Below, in pieces: positions 42,998 through 53,678 of a DNA stretch of 64,000 nt (positions are counted from its first letter, which is position 1; every line of letters starts with the position of its first letter). The translations under genes were made by a program, and so were the position numbers. The stretch is from sequence record OZ195934.1, one strand, 5' to 3'. The notes under the pieces were generated by a model. That model was not told the origin of the DNA. It did no database searches and saw nothing but the letters and a program-made list of their open reading frames with translations.

Positions 42998-44269
42998 ATG
43001 TTTGAAATGCGCTCGGCTAACCCCGTTGAGAACTTCGTGGTTAGCTCAATACAGATTCGAGGCGTAAATTACAGTGCAGGTGTCGAGAACGAGATCACGC
43101 ACTTGGAAATTTACGAATCGCTTGATGGCTTAACGTCAGGGATCTTCATGTTCACTGACACTGCGGGTATCGCAGACACATTACGACCAATGGGATTTGA
43201 AGCGGTTGACATCGAATTCGCGTCTCTCGTCGGGGCGCAAGCACACAAGGTTTATAAAAAGTCGTTTCGTTGTACTGGTATTACTCGTCAGCCATCAAAA
43301 ACTGGTGGCTATGAGACGGTAATGATTCGATTCACGAACAACTTAATCACGATGAATGACTATGTGAAACGCCCGTATGTTTTCAAGAAAACAAGTATCT
43401 CGAATATCATCACGGCAATTCTAGATGGTCTTGGTGATGAAGTACCGGTATATGACATCGAGCAGTCGCTATATCAGCGTGATTTTGTCACGTCGATTAC
43501 AAAGCCGTTCGATACGATCATGAGCTTAGTGGATTATGCGAGTACCGACGTGAATAACTCGTGTAAGTTCAAGTTCTATGAAGATCGCGATGGTCTGAAG
43601 TTCAAATCACTCGGTACGATTCGCGATCAAGATTACGACTTCATCATTCGCAAGGGTGCGAATACGGGCGACGGTAAGTGGACGTCGGGTGAAGGTAACG
43701 CGATTACTGCGCTTCGTGTTGTCGTGAAAGAACAATCAAATATGCACGAAATCAGTAGCGGAATATTCGGCGCACGAACGTACGCACACAGCTTGATTAA
43801 TAAAAAGCTGACGACTAGTGATGTTCGACGTAATGACTATATCGCGAGTGTTGGTATTTTAAATGACACTGCTCACATGTACACGAGCGAAGACGTGTTT
43901 CCTAGTGAAGTTACCGAGTCTGAACAGCCATTGAACAGCATTCAGCTTGTATCACACGACGGGTTTTATGAAAAAGACACGCAACACCCACTAGGGTCAA
44001 CGCATAGCGTGTCTATCATGGAAGAAACGTACATCAGATCTAAGACGATCATCGTTGAAATCCCGGGAAATACGAATATGACTGTAGGTGAAGTCGTTTA
44101 CATGGACTTGCATTCAGTAACGGGTGAGAATCACGCGAGTTTAGACGCGTCAGGTCGATGGGTAATTCAAGAGCTGAAGCACCGCGTTGAACTGAATCAA
44201 TTTATAACGACACTTGAGCTAGTCAGTGATTCATCATTGAACGTAGCAGTGGCGGGGAGTGACACATAA
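42998..44269 (+). CDS. Baseplate hub (gp27-like)
   Basis: Position between 53 and 5; FYED, IPGNTNMTVG, SGRWVI..LKH. Confidence 0.75.
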   Translation: MFEMRSANPVENFVVSSIQIRGVNYSAGVENEITHLEIYESLDGLTSGIFMFTDTAGIADTLRPMGFEAVDIEFASLVGAQAHKVYKKSFRCTGITRQPSKTGGYETVMIRFTNNLITMNDYVKRPYVFKKTSISNIITAILDGLGDEVPVYDIEQSLYQRDFVTSITKPFDTIMSLVDYASTDVNNSCKFKFYEDRDGLKFKSLGTIRDQDYDFIIRKGANTGDGKWTSGEGNAITALRVVVKEQSNMHEISSGIFGARTYAHSLINKKLTTSDVRRNDYIASVGILNDTAHMYTSEDVFPSEVTESEQPLNSIQLVSHDGFYEKDTQHPLGSTHSVSIMEETYIRSKTIIVEIPGNTNMTVGEVVYMDLHSVTGENHASLDASGRWVIQELKHRVELNQFITTLELVSDSSLNVAVAGSDT

Positions 44270-45534
44270 TGTTTATGGGATTAGAGGGCTTTGAATGGTG
44301 GACTGGTGTGGTTGAAGATCGCACTAGCGACCCGCTCAAGCTTGGTAGATTAAAAGTACGAATGATTGGCTTGCATCCCGAGAAGAAAAACTCTGAGCAA
44401 GGCATCAAGACTGAAGATTTGCTTTGGGTTCACCCGATGCAGTCGCTTGATAACGCAGCAATGAACGGAATTGGTAATGCATCAATCGGTGTCGTTGAGG
44501 GTACGTGGCTGTTCGGCTTCTATCGCGACAAACTTAGACAAGATGCAGTTGCGATTGGTTCACTTCCCGGTATTCCCGGTGAAGCTGCTAACGGCTCACG
44601 TGGGTTCAATGACCCGAATGAGAAATATCCGTTAGCTGACAAGCTCAATGAGCCAGACACGAATCGACTTGCGCGTAACGACGTTTCGACAGACGAATAC
44701 GACGAGCAAACAGCAGTCGATGAATTCAACAACGGCACGACTGATTACGTGCATAGACCGCACCCTGTTATCGCAGCGAAACGCGCTTTAGATGAAACAG
44801 AAATACCAACAGCGGGATATAACGAAGACGGAGTGCCGTATGATGAGCCTAGCACCCCGTATAACGCTCAGTATCCGTTCAATCACGTTCGTGAGAGTGA
44901 GAGTGGGCATATACAAGAAATCGACGACACAGAGGGCGTAGAGCGTCTTCATACGTATCATAGAACAGGCACGTTTGAAGAAATTCATCCCGACGGCACG
45001 AAAGTGACTCGAATCATAGGTGACGACTTTGAGATCGTGAAGCGCGATCAGAACTTGCTTGTAAAAGGCAACTTGAATATCACGGTAGTTGGCGATGCGA
45101 CGTTCTACTGTCAAAGCAATGTAACGCAGCAAATCGACGGTAACTTGAAACAACACGTGAAAGGCAATGTTGATCAGCACGTTGAAATGGACGTGACGCA
45201 GACAGTTGACCAGAACGTGAATCAAACTGTACATCAAAACGTGACTCAAGAAGTCGATGGTAACGTATCACAGACAGTTCATCAGAACGTCACACAGCAG
45301 GTTGATCAGAATGTGACTCAAACAGTGGGCGGAAACGTACAAAGCACTGTCTCAGGGGATTACACGCAGAATATCAGCGGTAATTATTCGATAACAGTCG
45401 GTGGCTCGATGTCTGAAAGTGTAAGTTCGTCTTATACGAGATCAGCAGCTTCTATCTCAGACGATGGTGGCGGTGCAACATTGAGTCTTGCAGGTGCAGC
45501 AGCACTAGACGGTTCAACAGTGAGCTTAGGCTAA
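44269..45534 (+). CDS. gp5: Baseplate central spike gp5 (OB fold plus beta-helix, no lysozyme)
   Basis: GVVEDR.DPLKLGR, YPFNHV.ESESGH..E.DDT, V...V.Q octad repeats. Confidence 0.92.
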   Translation: MFMGLEGFEWWTGVVEDRTSDPLKLGRLKVRMIGLHPEKKNSEQGIKTEDLLWVHPMQSLDNAAMNGIGNASIGVVEGTWLFGFYRDKLRQDAVAIGSLPGIPGEAANGSRGFNDPNEKYPLADKLNEPDTNRLARNDVSTDEYDEQTAVDEFNNGTTDYVHRPHPVIAAKRALDETEIPTAGYNEDGVPYDEPSTPYNAQYPFNHVRESESGHIQEIDDTEGVERLHTYHRTGTFEEIHPDGTKVTRIIGDDFEIVKRDQNLLVKGNLNITVVGDATFYCQSNVTQQIDGNLKQHVKGNVDQHVEMDVTQTVDQNVNQTVHQNVTQEVDGNVSQTVHQNVTQQVDQNVTQTVGGNVQSTVSGDYTQNISGNYSITVGGSMSESVSSSYTRSAASISDDGGGATLSLAGAAALDGSTVSLG

Positions 45535-46016
45535 TGGCTAGTATTCTTCCGCTTTTGCTAGAAGAAACACCAGAATCGGAGAATGTCGATGTGACGTTCT
45601 CCGCTGTTCTTGAAGAGGGCGAGACTCTTGATAGCATTAGCATAACATCGCACAGAGAAAATAACGGCATAACAGTAGTCGGCGCGAGATTTCACGGTCA
45701 ATACGTCGATTCGTTCGATTTGGGTCCGAGTGGCTTGCAGTATCGCGATACGCGAGATAATAGCTATCACTCAGTGAGTGGCTTTGATGAGCTACCCGAA
45801 AATCCACAAAACGGTCACGTGTATCGATTCGAAGCACCGAGTCCGTTGACGACTGATTATGACTACACAGTAACTTTAAATTACACGTATGAAGACCCAT
45901 TAGTACCGGGAATGCCAGAAGAGTTGGAGATCGTAGAGACGTTTACGCAGACTGTAAAAGGCAAATATGACGCTTGGGGTCAACAATTGCGTGATTACAT
46001 AGCATTGGGGAATTAA
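45534..46016 (+). CDS. gp5.1-like protein
   Basis: Synteny between gp5 and PAAR. Confidence 0.6.
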   Translation: MASILPLLLEETPESENVDVTFSAVLEEGETLDSISITSHRENNGITVVGARFHGQYVDSFDLGPSGLQYRDTRDNSYHSVSGFDELPENPQNGHVYRFEAPSPLTTDYDYTVTLNYTYEDPLVPGMPEELEIVETFTQTVKGKYDAWGQQLRDYIALGN

Positions 46017-46017
46017 T

Positions 46018-46314
46018 ATGCCAGCTTTAGCGAGATCAGGTGACCCGACAACAGGTCACGGGACGTATCCGCCAACTAACGTAGTGGGTGGTAGTCCGAA
46101 AGTAAGCGCACAGGGGATTGGAGTTTTGTCACAAGCAAACTTAGTTCACGTGACGCATTGCAATACAGTAAAACCGCATGATTGCCATGCGGGTTCAGCA
46201 GCAACGTACAGCGATAAAGTTTTTATCGAAGGAAGCCCCGCAGTTCGCATAGGTGATATGCTAACTTGCGGAGATACTGTAGCGGGTGGTGCAGGGAAAG
46301 TTGTTAGTTCTTAG
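46018..46314 (+). CDS. PAAR spike-tip protein (gp5.4)
   Basis: GDPTTGHG, SDKVFIEGSPAVRIGD..TCG. Confidence 0.9.
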   Translation: MPALARSGDPTTGHGTYPPTNVVGGSPKVSAQGIGVLSQANLVHVTHCNTVKPHDCHAGSAATYSDKVFIEGSPAVRIGDMLTCGDTVAGGAGKVVSS

Positions 46315-46660
46315 AGTGTGAACGAATTTCATCTTCACGCGTTGGTGACGTATCAACAGGCTCTGGCTTGAACGAGTTGTCGTTTGCAGTCGGAGCAACT
46401 AGAACAATATCAGCGTCAACTTTGTGCGCGCCAGTGTCATCGACTACTTCAGTCATCACAGGGCGCGTGATTGGCGATGTTACTAGCTTCACACCAGATG
46501 CAACTACAGTGAACACAACGATTGTTAAGATGATTTTAGCGAACGGTACTTCAACGTTCTTTGTCTTTGTCAGTTTCATTACGAACCATATGAAAAACAG
46601 TGCTAGAAGTAAGAACGCGGCGATACCAAGAACAGGTAATACGGGTAGTAAGAATTCCAT
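46304..46660 (-). CDS. Two-TM membrane protein
   Basis: Two hydrophobic segments. Confidence 0.65.
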   Translation of the reverse strand: MEFLLPVLPVLGIAAFLLLALFFIWFVMKLTKTKNVEVPFAKIILTIVVFTVVASGVKLVTSPITRPVMTEVVDDTGAHKVDADIVLVAPTANDNSFKPEPVDTSPTREDEIRSHSKN

Positions 46661-46715
46661 TTTATTTCCTTTTTAAAAAAGAAGAGCGACTATTTAGCCG
46701 CTCTTGAGTTTTTGA

Positions 46716-47591
46716 TTACTTAACTTGAGAAGTCAGGTTAAGATTGTCAATCATACCGCTTGGTACGAACACTTTGTTTGTGCCTTGAGCCATCATTCGA
46801 AGTGTTTTCTGCTCTTCAAGGAATCGAACGTTGTCGTTCATTAGCTTGTCAGCAACAAGTTTCTTCGTTTCAGCTTCGTACAGTTCGATTTCACGCTCTT
46901 TCTTCGATACTTCTTCACGAGTCTTGATAGTCAACAGGTCAAGTTTACGCTGTGCATTCACAGTATCTTCTTGTTGGCGACGTTCAGCAGATTTAATCTG
47001 TGCATCAGTGATTGTATCTGGGTAAACAACATCAGTCACACCAACTACTTTGATTACGAACGGTGTATCAGCTAGTTCTTGATTCAGACGTTGTTTCACA
47101 AATTCGTTCAGTTTCTGACGAGTGGACGCGACTTCTGCGATAGAGTATTCAGCGATAATCGACGGAATAATCGTATTCAGTTTTGCACGCGCATAACGTT
47201 CGAACACTGCTTTCTGTTCAATTACACCAACTTGGTCAGCGAGTGATTTAAACGGAACTTTAGTAAACACGAAGTTGTATTTCTTCGGGTTCATCGCCAT
47301 CGTCATTTCGATGTCGTACTTCAGCATCAGTTCGTCTTTCGGCATGAACGTGTTGAAGTTCATTTCGTAGAAGCTGTCTGACACATCAAGCATTACTAGA
47401 CGGTCAGGGTAGCGCCACGCCCAATCTAGACGAAACTTAGAAGGACCACGTGGTTGAGCTGACGCATCGAAGCCATCTTTCGTCTGAATCTTGCCGACGT
47501 AACCAGTCGGGATTTCAGCAGGCGTACCACAGCCAACAAGTGCTAGACCTAGTGCAGCGACTGAAAGTAGTTTTGCGATTTTCTTAATCAT
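46716..47591 (-). CDS. SPFH/band-7 family lipoprotein
   Basis: Lipobox LVGC, IPTGYVG, C-terminal coiled coil; TTGACA-17-TACTAT promoter 47657-47685. Confidence 0.8.
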   Translation of the reverse strand: MIKKIAKLLSVAALGLALVGCGTPAEIPTGYVGKIQTKDGFDASAQPRGPSKFRLDWAWRYPDRLVMLDVSDSFYEMNFNTFMPKDELMLKYDIEMTMAMNPKKYNFVFTKVPFKSLADQVGVIEQKAVFERYARAKLNTIIPSIIAEYSIAEVASTRQKLNEFVKQRLNQELADTPFVIKVVGVTDVVYPDTITDAQIKSAERRQQEDTVNAQRKLDLLTIKTREEVSKKEREIELYEAETKKLVADKLMNDNVRFLEEQKTLRMMAQGTNKVFVPSGMIDNLNLTSQVK

Positions 47592-47723
47592 GTTTTTCTC
47601 TCTTAGTTAATGATGTTTACTTCATTGTTTGTGCGCTTCGTTGCGCTGAGGAGTACATAGTAGGCAAATTCGATGCACCTGTCAACACTTTTTCTATAAA
47701 TAATTAAAAATACGGAGAATAAC

Positions 47724-48143
47724 ATGGCAATTTCAGAGCTAAACACGCTGAAACCCGGGAAATATTACTACAGTGATATACCCGCGAACTTCAGTAAGAG
47801 TGTTGTAAACAATGACTTGAGCGCGTCATACGACTTAAAAGCAGTTCAAGAATCGATTGTCGGGATCGTGAGTACAAATAAAGGCGAACGTCCTTTCAAT
47901 CCTGAGTTTGGTTGTGATATCAACAATCAACTATTCGAGAATATTTCACCTGCGAGTGCTTTTGCAATAAAGTACAGCATTGAGAACGCGATTTCTCAAT
48001 GGGAGCCGCGTGTAATACTCAAGCGTGTTGAGGTTAGACCGTTGTACGATCAGAATACGTATCAAGTAGAGGTTCAATATCGCTTGAGAACAAACGTAGA
48101 CCGCACATTCGCGACGACAACTACACTCGCTAGTCGAACTTAA
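47724..48143 (+). CDS. gp25: Baseplate wedge subunit
   Basis: STNKGERPFNPEFGCDI..QLFE, WEPRV; TATAAATA at 47695. Confidence 0.93.
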   Translation: MAISELNTLKPGKYYYSDIPANFSKSVVNNDLSASYDLKAVQESIVGIVSTNKGERPFNPEFGCDINNQLFENISPASAFAIKYSIENAISQWEPRVILKRVEVRPLYDQNTYQVEVQYRLRTNVDRTFATTTTLASRT

Positions 48144-48225
48144 TAGAAGCCCGCCATTTGAGCGGGTTTTTTTGTGCATTAAATATAAGAAACGAATTCT
48201 ACGAGAAATTTATCAAGGGGATAAC

Positions 48226-50184
48226 ATGACAACTAACTCGAATTTGCCTGTTAGTTCTGGATCTTTTGAGACTATCAAGCAAGACCTTATCAAATACTTG
48301 AAAGGTCAAGATCAGTTCAAAGATTATGACTTTAAAGGTAGTCGTCTGAACGTACTAACAGATTTGCTTGCGTACAACACAATGTACATGCAGCACTACT
48401 CAAACGCAGCACTGTTTGAGGGTTTTATTCGCACTGCGCAAAAACACAGCAGTGTGGTTCAGCACGCGCAAGATATGGGTTACGCGCCAAGCTCCCTATC
48501 TGCTTCAACTCATACAATCGGAATCAAAGCGTACAACGCTGCGAACCCAGTTGAAATTACTCTAGGTACAGGTACGCGATTCAGTGCTGACGTTGATGGT
48601 ATCGAGAACTACGGCTACATCGTATGGGAACCGCACATTCTAATCGGTGCTAAAGAAGACGCGCTTGACCCTGCATCACCGCTTGTGTATCAAGATCAGA
48701 TTGATGTCGTACAAGGTACGCTTGGTCGTTACGAAACAACTTTCTCAGAAACGCAATCAATCACGATCAAAGACCCTGATTTAGACCGCAACTACGTGCG
48801 TGTGTTCGTAGATAGCGCGGAATGGACAAACTGGACTGATAAGTCGATTGTGAACGTATCGGGTGGTTCAAACGTGTTCTACTTGCGTGAGACAGTTGAT
48901 GGCTATACTGAAGTGTACTTCGGTGAGGGTGAACTAACAGATTTCACAGAAACGGCAGGCGCATACGACCCACAATACATTGGCGGTCTACGTCCGATTG
49001 AAGGGCAGCGTGTTCGTGTTCAATATGTGAAAACTCAAGGTCCCGTTGCAAACGGCTCGAAGAACTTCACATGGGCAGATGATATTCCGAACTTCCAACT
49101 TGATGACAAGAACATCGACGACAACCCGAATGACGATGAAAACTTCGTTGGTTCGATTGGCGGTGGTTATGCAGAAGGCACAGAGCGTATTCGCGAACTT
49201 GCACCTGTATTCCGCGAGTCGCAACGTCGCTGTGTTACTAAGCTTGATTACGAAACGTTCGTGTCTCAGAAATTCGGTAACATTGTTCAAGCAGTACAAG
49301 CATTCGGTAGCACTGAAAAGCCAGGTTACGTGTTTATCTCAATCAAGCCGAAGAGTGGTTTGACGCTACCGCAAGTTGCACGCGCAGATATAGAAGATTA
49401 CTTGAAAGAATTCAACATCGTGACAATCACGCCGAAAGTTGTTGACCCAGATTACTTGTACATCAAGCACAATCTAGTCGTGAACTACAGAACTGGTTCA
49501 TTGTCAGAGGGTGCGGATTACTTGAAAGCTCAGATCACCGACGCGATTAGCGATTACTACTACAACGACGTTGAGATCTTCAACGCATCGTTCCACGTAT
49601 CGAAGATGCTTGGCTATGTAGATGACGCGCACGACTCGATTTTAGGTTCACGCTGTGATATCTCACTGATTCGCGAACTAGTGAACTTCAGTCAGACACC
49701 GATGAGCGGCTATAGCTTCTTGAATCCGATCCTTGAACGTTCGGTGAATTCTGAAGCGATTACTTACATCGCGCATGATTGCGAAGTGTTTATCAAGTCA
49801 ACGGATCGACGCACGACAGAGACGCAAGAAGACATCGGTACATTGCTATTGGGTCCGTTCTCAGAAGGCACAATCACTGACCCGATTGACCCTGAGACTG
49901 GCGCGCCAACGACTGAATACACAGGCGATGATTTTAATCGCGAAGTTATCGACGGTCGTTCGCTGTACTACAGAATCGGTACAGTCAACTATGCAACTGG
50001 TATGTTGGATTACGAGTTCGCAAACTTGGGTGTAAATACATCAGAATGGGATGTCGTTGGCAATCTTGTTGTTTCAGCATCGCCTACGCGTTCAAACATA
50101 TACACAGACGACGGTAGCTTAATCGTTTATGAAAACGAGCTACGTCCTCAATACACTGATATTTTCCTAGAGGGTATTTCTTAA
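48226..50184 (+). CDS. gp6: Baseplate wedge subunit
   Basis: FKDYDFKGSRLNVL.DLLAYNT, QRRCVT..DY. Confidence 0.95.
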   Translation: MTTNSNLPVSSGSFETIKQDLIKYLKGQDQFKDYDFKGSRLNVLTDLLAYNTMYMQHYSNAALFEGFIRTAQKHSSVVQHAQDMGYAPSSLSASTHTIGIKAYNAANPVEITLGTGTRFSADVDGIENYGYIVWEPHILIGAKEDALDPASPLVYQDQIDVVQGTLGRYETTFSETQSITIKDPDLDRNYVRVFVDSAEWTNWTDKSIVNVSGGSNVFYLRETVDGYTEVYFGEGELTDFTETAGAYDPQYIGGLRPIEGQRVRVQYVKTQGPVANGSKNFTWADDIPNFQLDDKNIDDNPNDDENFVGSIGGGYAEGTERIRELAPVFRESQRRCVTKLDYETFVSQKFGNIVQAVQAFGSTEKPGYVFISIKPKSGLTLPQVARADIEDYLKEFNIVTITPKVVDPDYLYIKHNLVVNYRTGSLSEGADYLKAQITDAISDYYYNDVEIFNASFHVSKMLGYVDDAHDSILGSRCDISLIRELVNFSQTPMSGYSFLNPILERSVNSEAITYIAHDCEVFIKSTDRRTTETQEDIGTLLLGPFSEGTITDPIDPETGAPTTEYTGDDFNREVIDGRSLYYRIGTVNYATGMLDYEFANLGVNTSEWDVVGNLVVSASPTRSNIYTDDGSLIVYENELRPQYTDIFLEGIS

Positions 50185-53100
50185 TGTCAAATTTACAAGC
50201 CCCACCAATTATGGGCGTGTACATCGACAAACTGACGCGAAACTATGTTGATTTGCGTTGGGATGGTGTCGGCGAGAACTTCAGATACGAAATACAAGTA
50301 CGTTCGGCTGGCTCAGCCGAACATGTACTGTCTGAAACTTACCAACCACTATACCCAAACCCGTATACAGGCGAAACAAGTCTGTTTGCGCAGATCAATG
50401 AATCAGTGCGCTACTACCAGTGGCGCATTCGTGCCGTTTACACGAATTTCGATCCGGGTGAATGGACAGCATCAGATATCGGCTACACGTCAGATTCAAA
50501 CGATTACGAAATCGTTACACAATCGACGTTCACGGCTGCTCAGTCGTTCATCGAAGCGCGTTTGAACAACGATAACGACAAATACCTGAATGAGCGTAAC
50601 GAGCTACAAGCAACATTAGTACGCCCGGGGTATGAGTTCGATACGAACATGTTCAACGTAGATTCGGCTGCATATTGGTTCGTTACAAACCCAGGGTTTA
50701 GTGCGAATTACGGTGAAGTTCCAAACGTGTGTCAGAACAACATGCGCGTGATCCCATCAGTTATCGATGACGTGATCTATGCATTCGAGCGTTGGCAAGA
50801 AGTGTGTAAGATCTCGAACAACGGCGGTCAAACATGGCAGACGTATCGTGCAACGAACAGTCGTCTAGGCAATCCCGTGTACGATTGTATCTGTAAGCAG
50901 TCAGAAACGTTCAGTTACTTGTTAGGGTACGATTACCTTATTCAGGGCGTTGCGTCTAGTGACGTTGATTACTCACACGATAACGGTACTGAATACAGCC
51001 ACGCGTCGGTCGACTTGACGTTCGATAAGCTTGATTTCGATTTAGGCTTCGGCTTTGACGTTGAGCGTTTTAAAGATCTTGCAGTTTTACCACCACAAGT
51101 GCGTCACAAAGCAGATGCATTTGGCGTTGATAACGTAATGACAGTTATAACCGCAGGTAATACGTACGTATGGCACAACAACAGAATCCCGACTATTTGG
51201 GAAGATGTCGTGAGTGACCTATACGGCGAGCGTATCTTTGAAACAGTCGGTACGTCTAACAACGAGCCAGTATACTTCGAATCATACGTCGTTCGCGATG
51301 ACGTGTCAAGACCTGATTTTGACGAAACGACGGCTGACGTGTGTGTGAAGAAAATCGAATACTTTGATGATCCAGAAGTCGGTATCGACTATCAAGACGG
51401 TAAAATGTACGCTCTCGTGACCGGTGAATGGGTACACGATGAAAACGGCAAGCGTATATCAGTTTCAGACGACAACGAAATTCGTGGCGTGTATCGCATG
51501 AACCGCGACGAAATCATGGACGGTGACATCGTAGTTGGTTACGAAAACATCGAATGGATTCGTGTATATGGTAACATTGAACCAGAGCGCGACTTGATCA
51601 ACGAACGCAGTGTTATTTCTCGCGATACTGAACATCTAATTCTAGGTCATGACTTGACGCGTGCATACGGTGAAGAAGGCGACCCTGAATACGACAATCG
51701 TCAAGAGTCTAGCGGTGCACCGGGTGAATATCACTCTCAATCGGGAGATCACTACGGTACAATCGATGATGCAGCACTTGTTCAAGACAATGCAGAAGTT
51801 AACGAAGCTGTTCGCATGTTCAGCAAGCCGTACTACACGACGCACGCAAAGCCGATGTCACAGATCGTTGCGACTAAAGACGGTGACACGTGGGAATATA
51901 AGCCGCAAGATTACTACGGTAACGCGCATTTCAACTGGATGGAACGTGCGAAGACACGCGACTGGAAATCTTGGTCAAATCAGATCATGTATTACAAGTC
52001 AGATTCGCTATTCCGTCGTGATTTTGACAATTTAGACTCGGTAAAATGGTCTGAAGTTCTTGAAAACGGCTCGTACAAGTTCGAAGCACCGAATCTAGAC
52101 GTGTTCGGCTTCAATGGCTACTGTGACGGTGCGATTATTCACACTGCAAACGATAACAAGGTAATTGGTTACTACAAATTCCCGTATCGCGTTAGCATCA
52201 CAGCTCCGATTCACTGGTCGCCAATCCGTACTGTAATTACAGGCGAGTTGACGAATTACACGCCAGTTACAATCGAAGAGCCAGAAGCAGATCCGACTAA
52301 ACTTCTCGATCCGACGTTGACGCCATTGATTTACAAGATGATGCCAGAGAATTACCTTGATTCTGACGGATTTTACAAAGATTTCGCAAAAAGCTATCTT
52401 GATTTCATCAGTAAAGGTGACGGTACAGCGTACAACAACGTGTATAACTTGCTGAACAGCAAATACCCGCGTGACGAACACTACGAAGAATATCTGTACA
52501 AGATGGTATACGAACGTAATCGTATTCTTGAACCAGAGAAGCGCGACGCAGTTGTGAAATTCTTCTTGAGTAGACGCGCAGACTTCTACAGCACGAAAGG
52601 TATCATCGACTCGTACGAGTTCTTGTTCAAATTGCTGTACAACGAGACGGTTGAGGTTGAGATCGAATCACTGAACGCGTTTGAGTATGCGATTACGGTT
52701 GCATCGAACGACGTGACAGATGACATTGTAGGTCGTCGTATTTTCACAGAGGGCGGTCAAGCTGACGTGACATACATCGAGCGTGAATACATTGATGGTC
52801 GCAGACACTGGAAACTGACGCTGAATAACTTAATCGGTGAATTCAAAGCCGGTGCTGAAATCGGAATTGCGGGATACGATTTTGAAGCAACAGCGTTGAC
52901 GGGCGTTAAGGGTGAGCGTATCGATTATGACTCGAATGAGTATCTTGATCGAAGCAAAACGTACTACGTCATGAAGCTACGTTCTGAAATGCAATTGAGT
53001 CAGTACAAAGACGATATCATTCGTTTCGTACACCCAATCGGCTTCGGCTTCGTGGGTATCACATTGCTGACAGTTCTTGTGAATCACGGCATTTCAGTTG

Positions 53101-53678
53101 ACCATCACGAAACAATTGTCGATTCGTATCGTTCAGTTCGAATTGATAACGGCATCGGTCTTTCGTACACGGAATTGACTGGTTTACTAGACGATGACTT
53201 GAACAGACAGTACAACGATTTCGGTGAGTTGTTGACTAAAGATCACCCGATTTACGGTCAAACTCCGATTGATAACGTGATACATGACAGAATCAACGGT
53301 ACGCAAGGCGTTACAGTAACAGAGTACAACGATTACTGGGCGAATGCACGTGAAATTCTAGTTCGCGAGAATATGGTCGAAGATAATGAACGATATATAG
53401 AAACAGACACGGGCGACGTTGACGATGAATTTGGCGGTAAACAGCGAGTTATTAACCCTGATTACAACCCGATTGCACAAGTTCAAGTTGCAGACGTGAA
53501 TGGTTCTATTCAATGGGGAATGACCGCGTACGAGCGTGCTCCAGCATTTATGTTCGATACGTCGTGCGCTTCACTATCAATCAGTGACATGTACGCGGAT
53601 GATGAGAATCGTCTGAAAGACAATGTTGGTAACCCATACGATCCGACTGAGCCGACTCAGAAATTTATAGGTGAATAA
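50184..53678 (+). CDS. gp7: Baseplate wedge initiator
   Basis: FY..KG...SY.FLFKLLYNE.V, RFVHPIGF. Confidence 0.9.
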   Translation: MSNLQAPPIMGVYIDKLTRNYVDLRWDGVGENFRYEIQVRSAGSAEHVLSETYQPLYPNPYTGETSLFAQINESVRYYQWRIRAVYTNFDPGEWTASDIGYTSDSNDYEIVTQSTFTAAQSFIEARLNNDNDKYLNERNELQATLVRPGYEFDTNMFNVDSAAYWFVTNPGFSANYGEVPNVCQNNMRVIPSVIDDVIYAFERWQEVCKISNNGGQTWQTYRATNSRLGNPVYDCICKQSETFSYLLGYDYLIQGVASSDVDYSHDNGTEYSHASVDLTFDKLDFDLGFGFDVERFKDLAVLPPQVRHKADAFGVDNVMTVITAGNTYVWHNNRIPTIWEDVVSDLYGERIFETVGTSNNEPVYFESYVVRDDVSRPDFDETTADVCVKKIEYFDDPEVGIDYQDGKMYALVTGEWVHDENGKRISVSDDNEIRGVYRMNRDEIMDGDIVVGYENIEWIRVYGNIEPERDLINERSVISRDTEHLILGHDLTRAYGEEGDPEYDNRQESSGAPGEYHSQSGDHYGTIDDAALVQDNAEVNEAVRMFSKPYYTTHAKPMSQIVATKDGDTWEYKPQDYYGNAHFNWMERAKTRDWKSWSNQIMYYKSDSLFRRDFDNLDSVKWSEVLENGSYKFEAPNLDVFGFNGYCDGAIIHTANDNKVIGYYKFPYRVSITAPIHWSPIRTVITGELTNYTPVTIEEPEADPTKLLDPTLTPLIYKMMPENYLDSDGFYKDFAKSYLDFISKGDGTAYNNVYNLLNSKYPRDEHYEEYLYKMVYERNRILEPEKRDAVVKFFLSRRADFYSTKGIIDSYEFLFKLLYNETVEVEIESLNAFEYAITVASNDVTDDIVGRRIFTEGGQADVTYIEREYIDGRRHWKLTLNNLIGEFKAGAEIGIAGYDFEATALTGVKGERIDYDSNEYLDRSKTYYVMKLRSEMQLSQYKDDIIRFVHPIGFGFVGITLLTVLVNHGISVDHHETIVDSYRSVRIDNGIGLSYTELTGLLDDDLNRQYNDFGELLTKDHPIYGQTPIDNVIHDRINGTQGVTVTEYNDYWANAREILVRENMVEDNERYIETDTGDVDDEFGGKQRVINPDYNPIAQVQVADVNGSIQWGMTAYERAPAFMFDTSCASLSISDMYADDENRLKDNVGNPYDPTEPTQKFIGE

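Noticed and set aside
44269-45534. gp5 lacking the lysozyme domain
   Set aside because: Expected for many non-coliphage T4-like phages; not novel.
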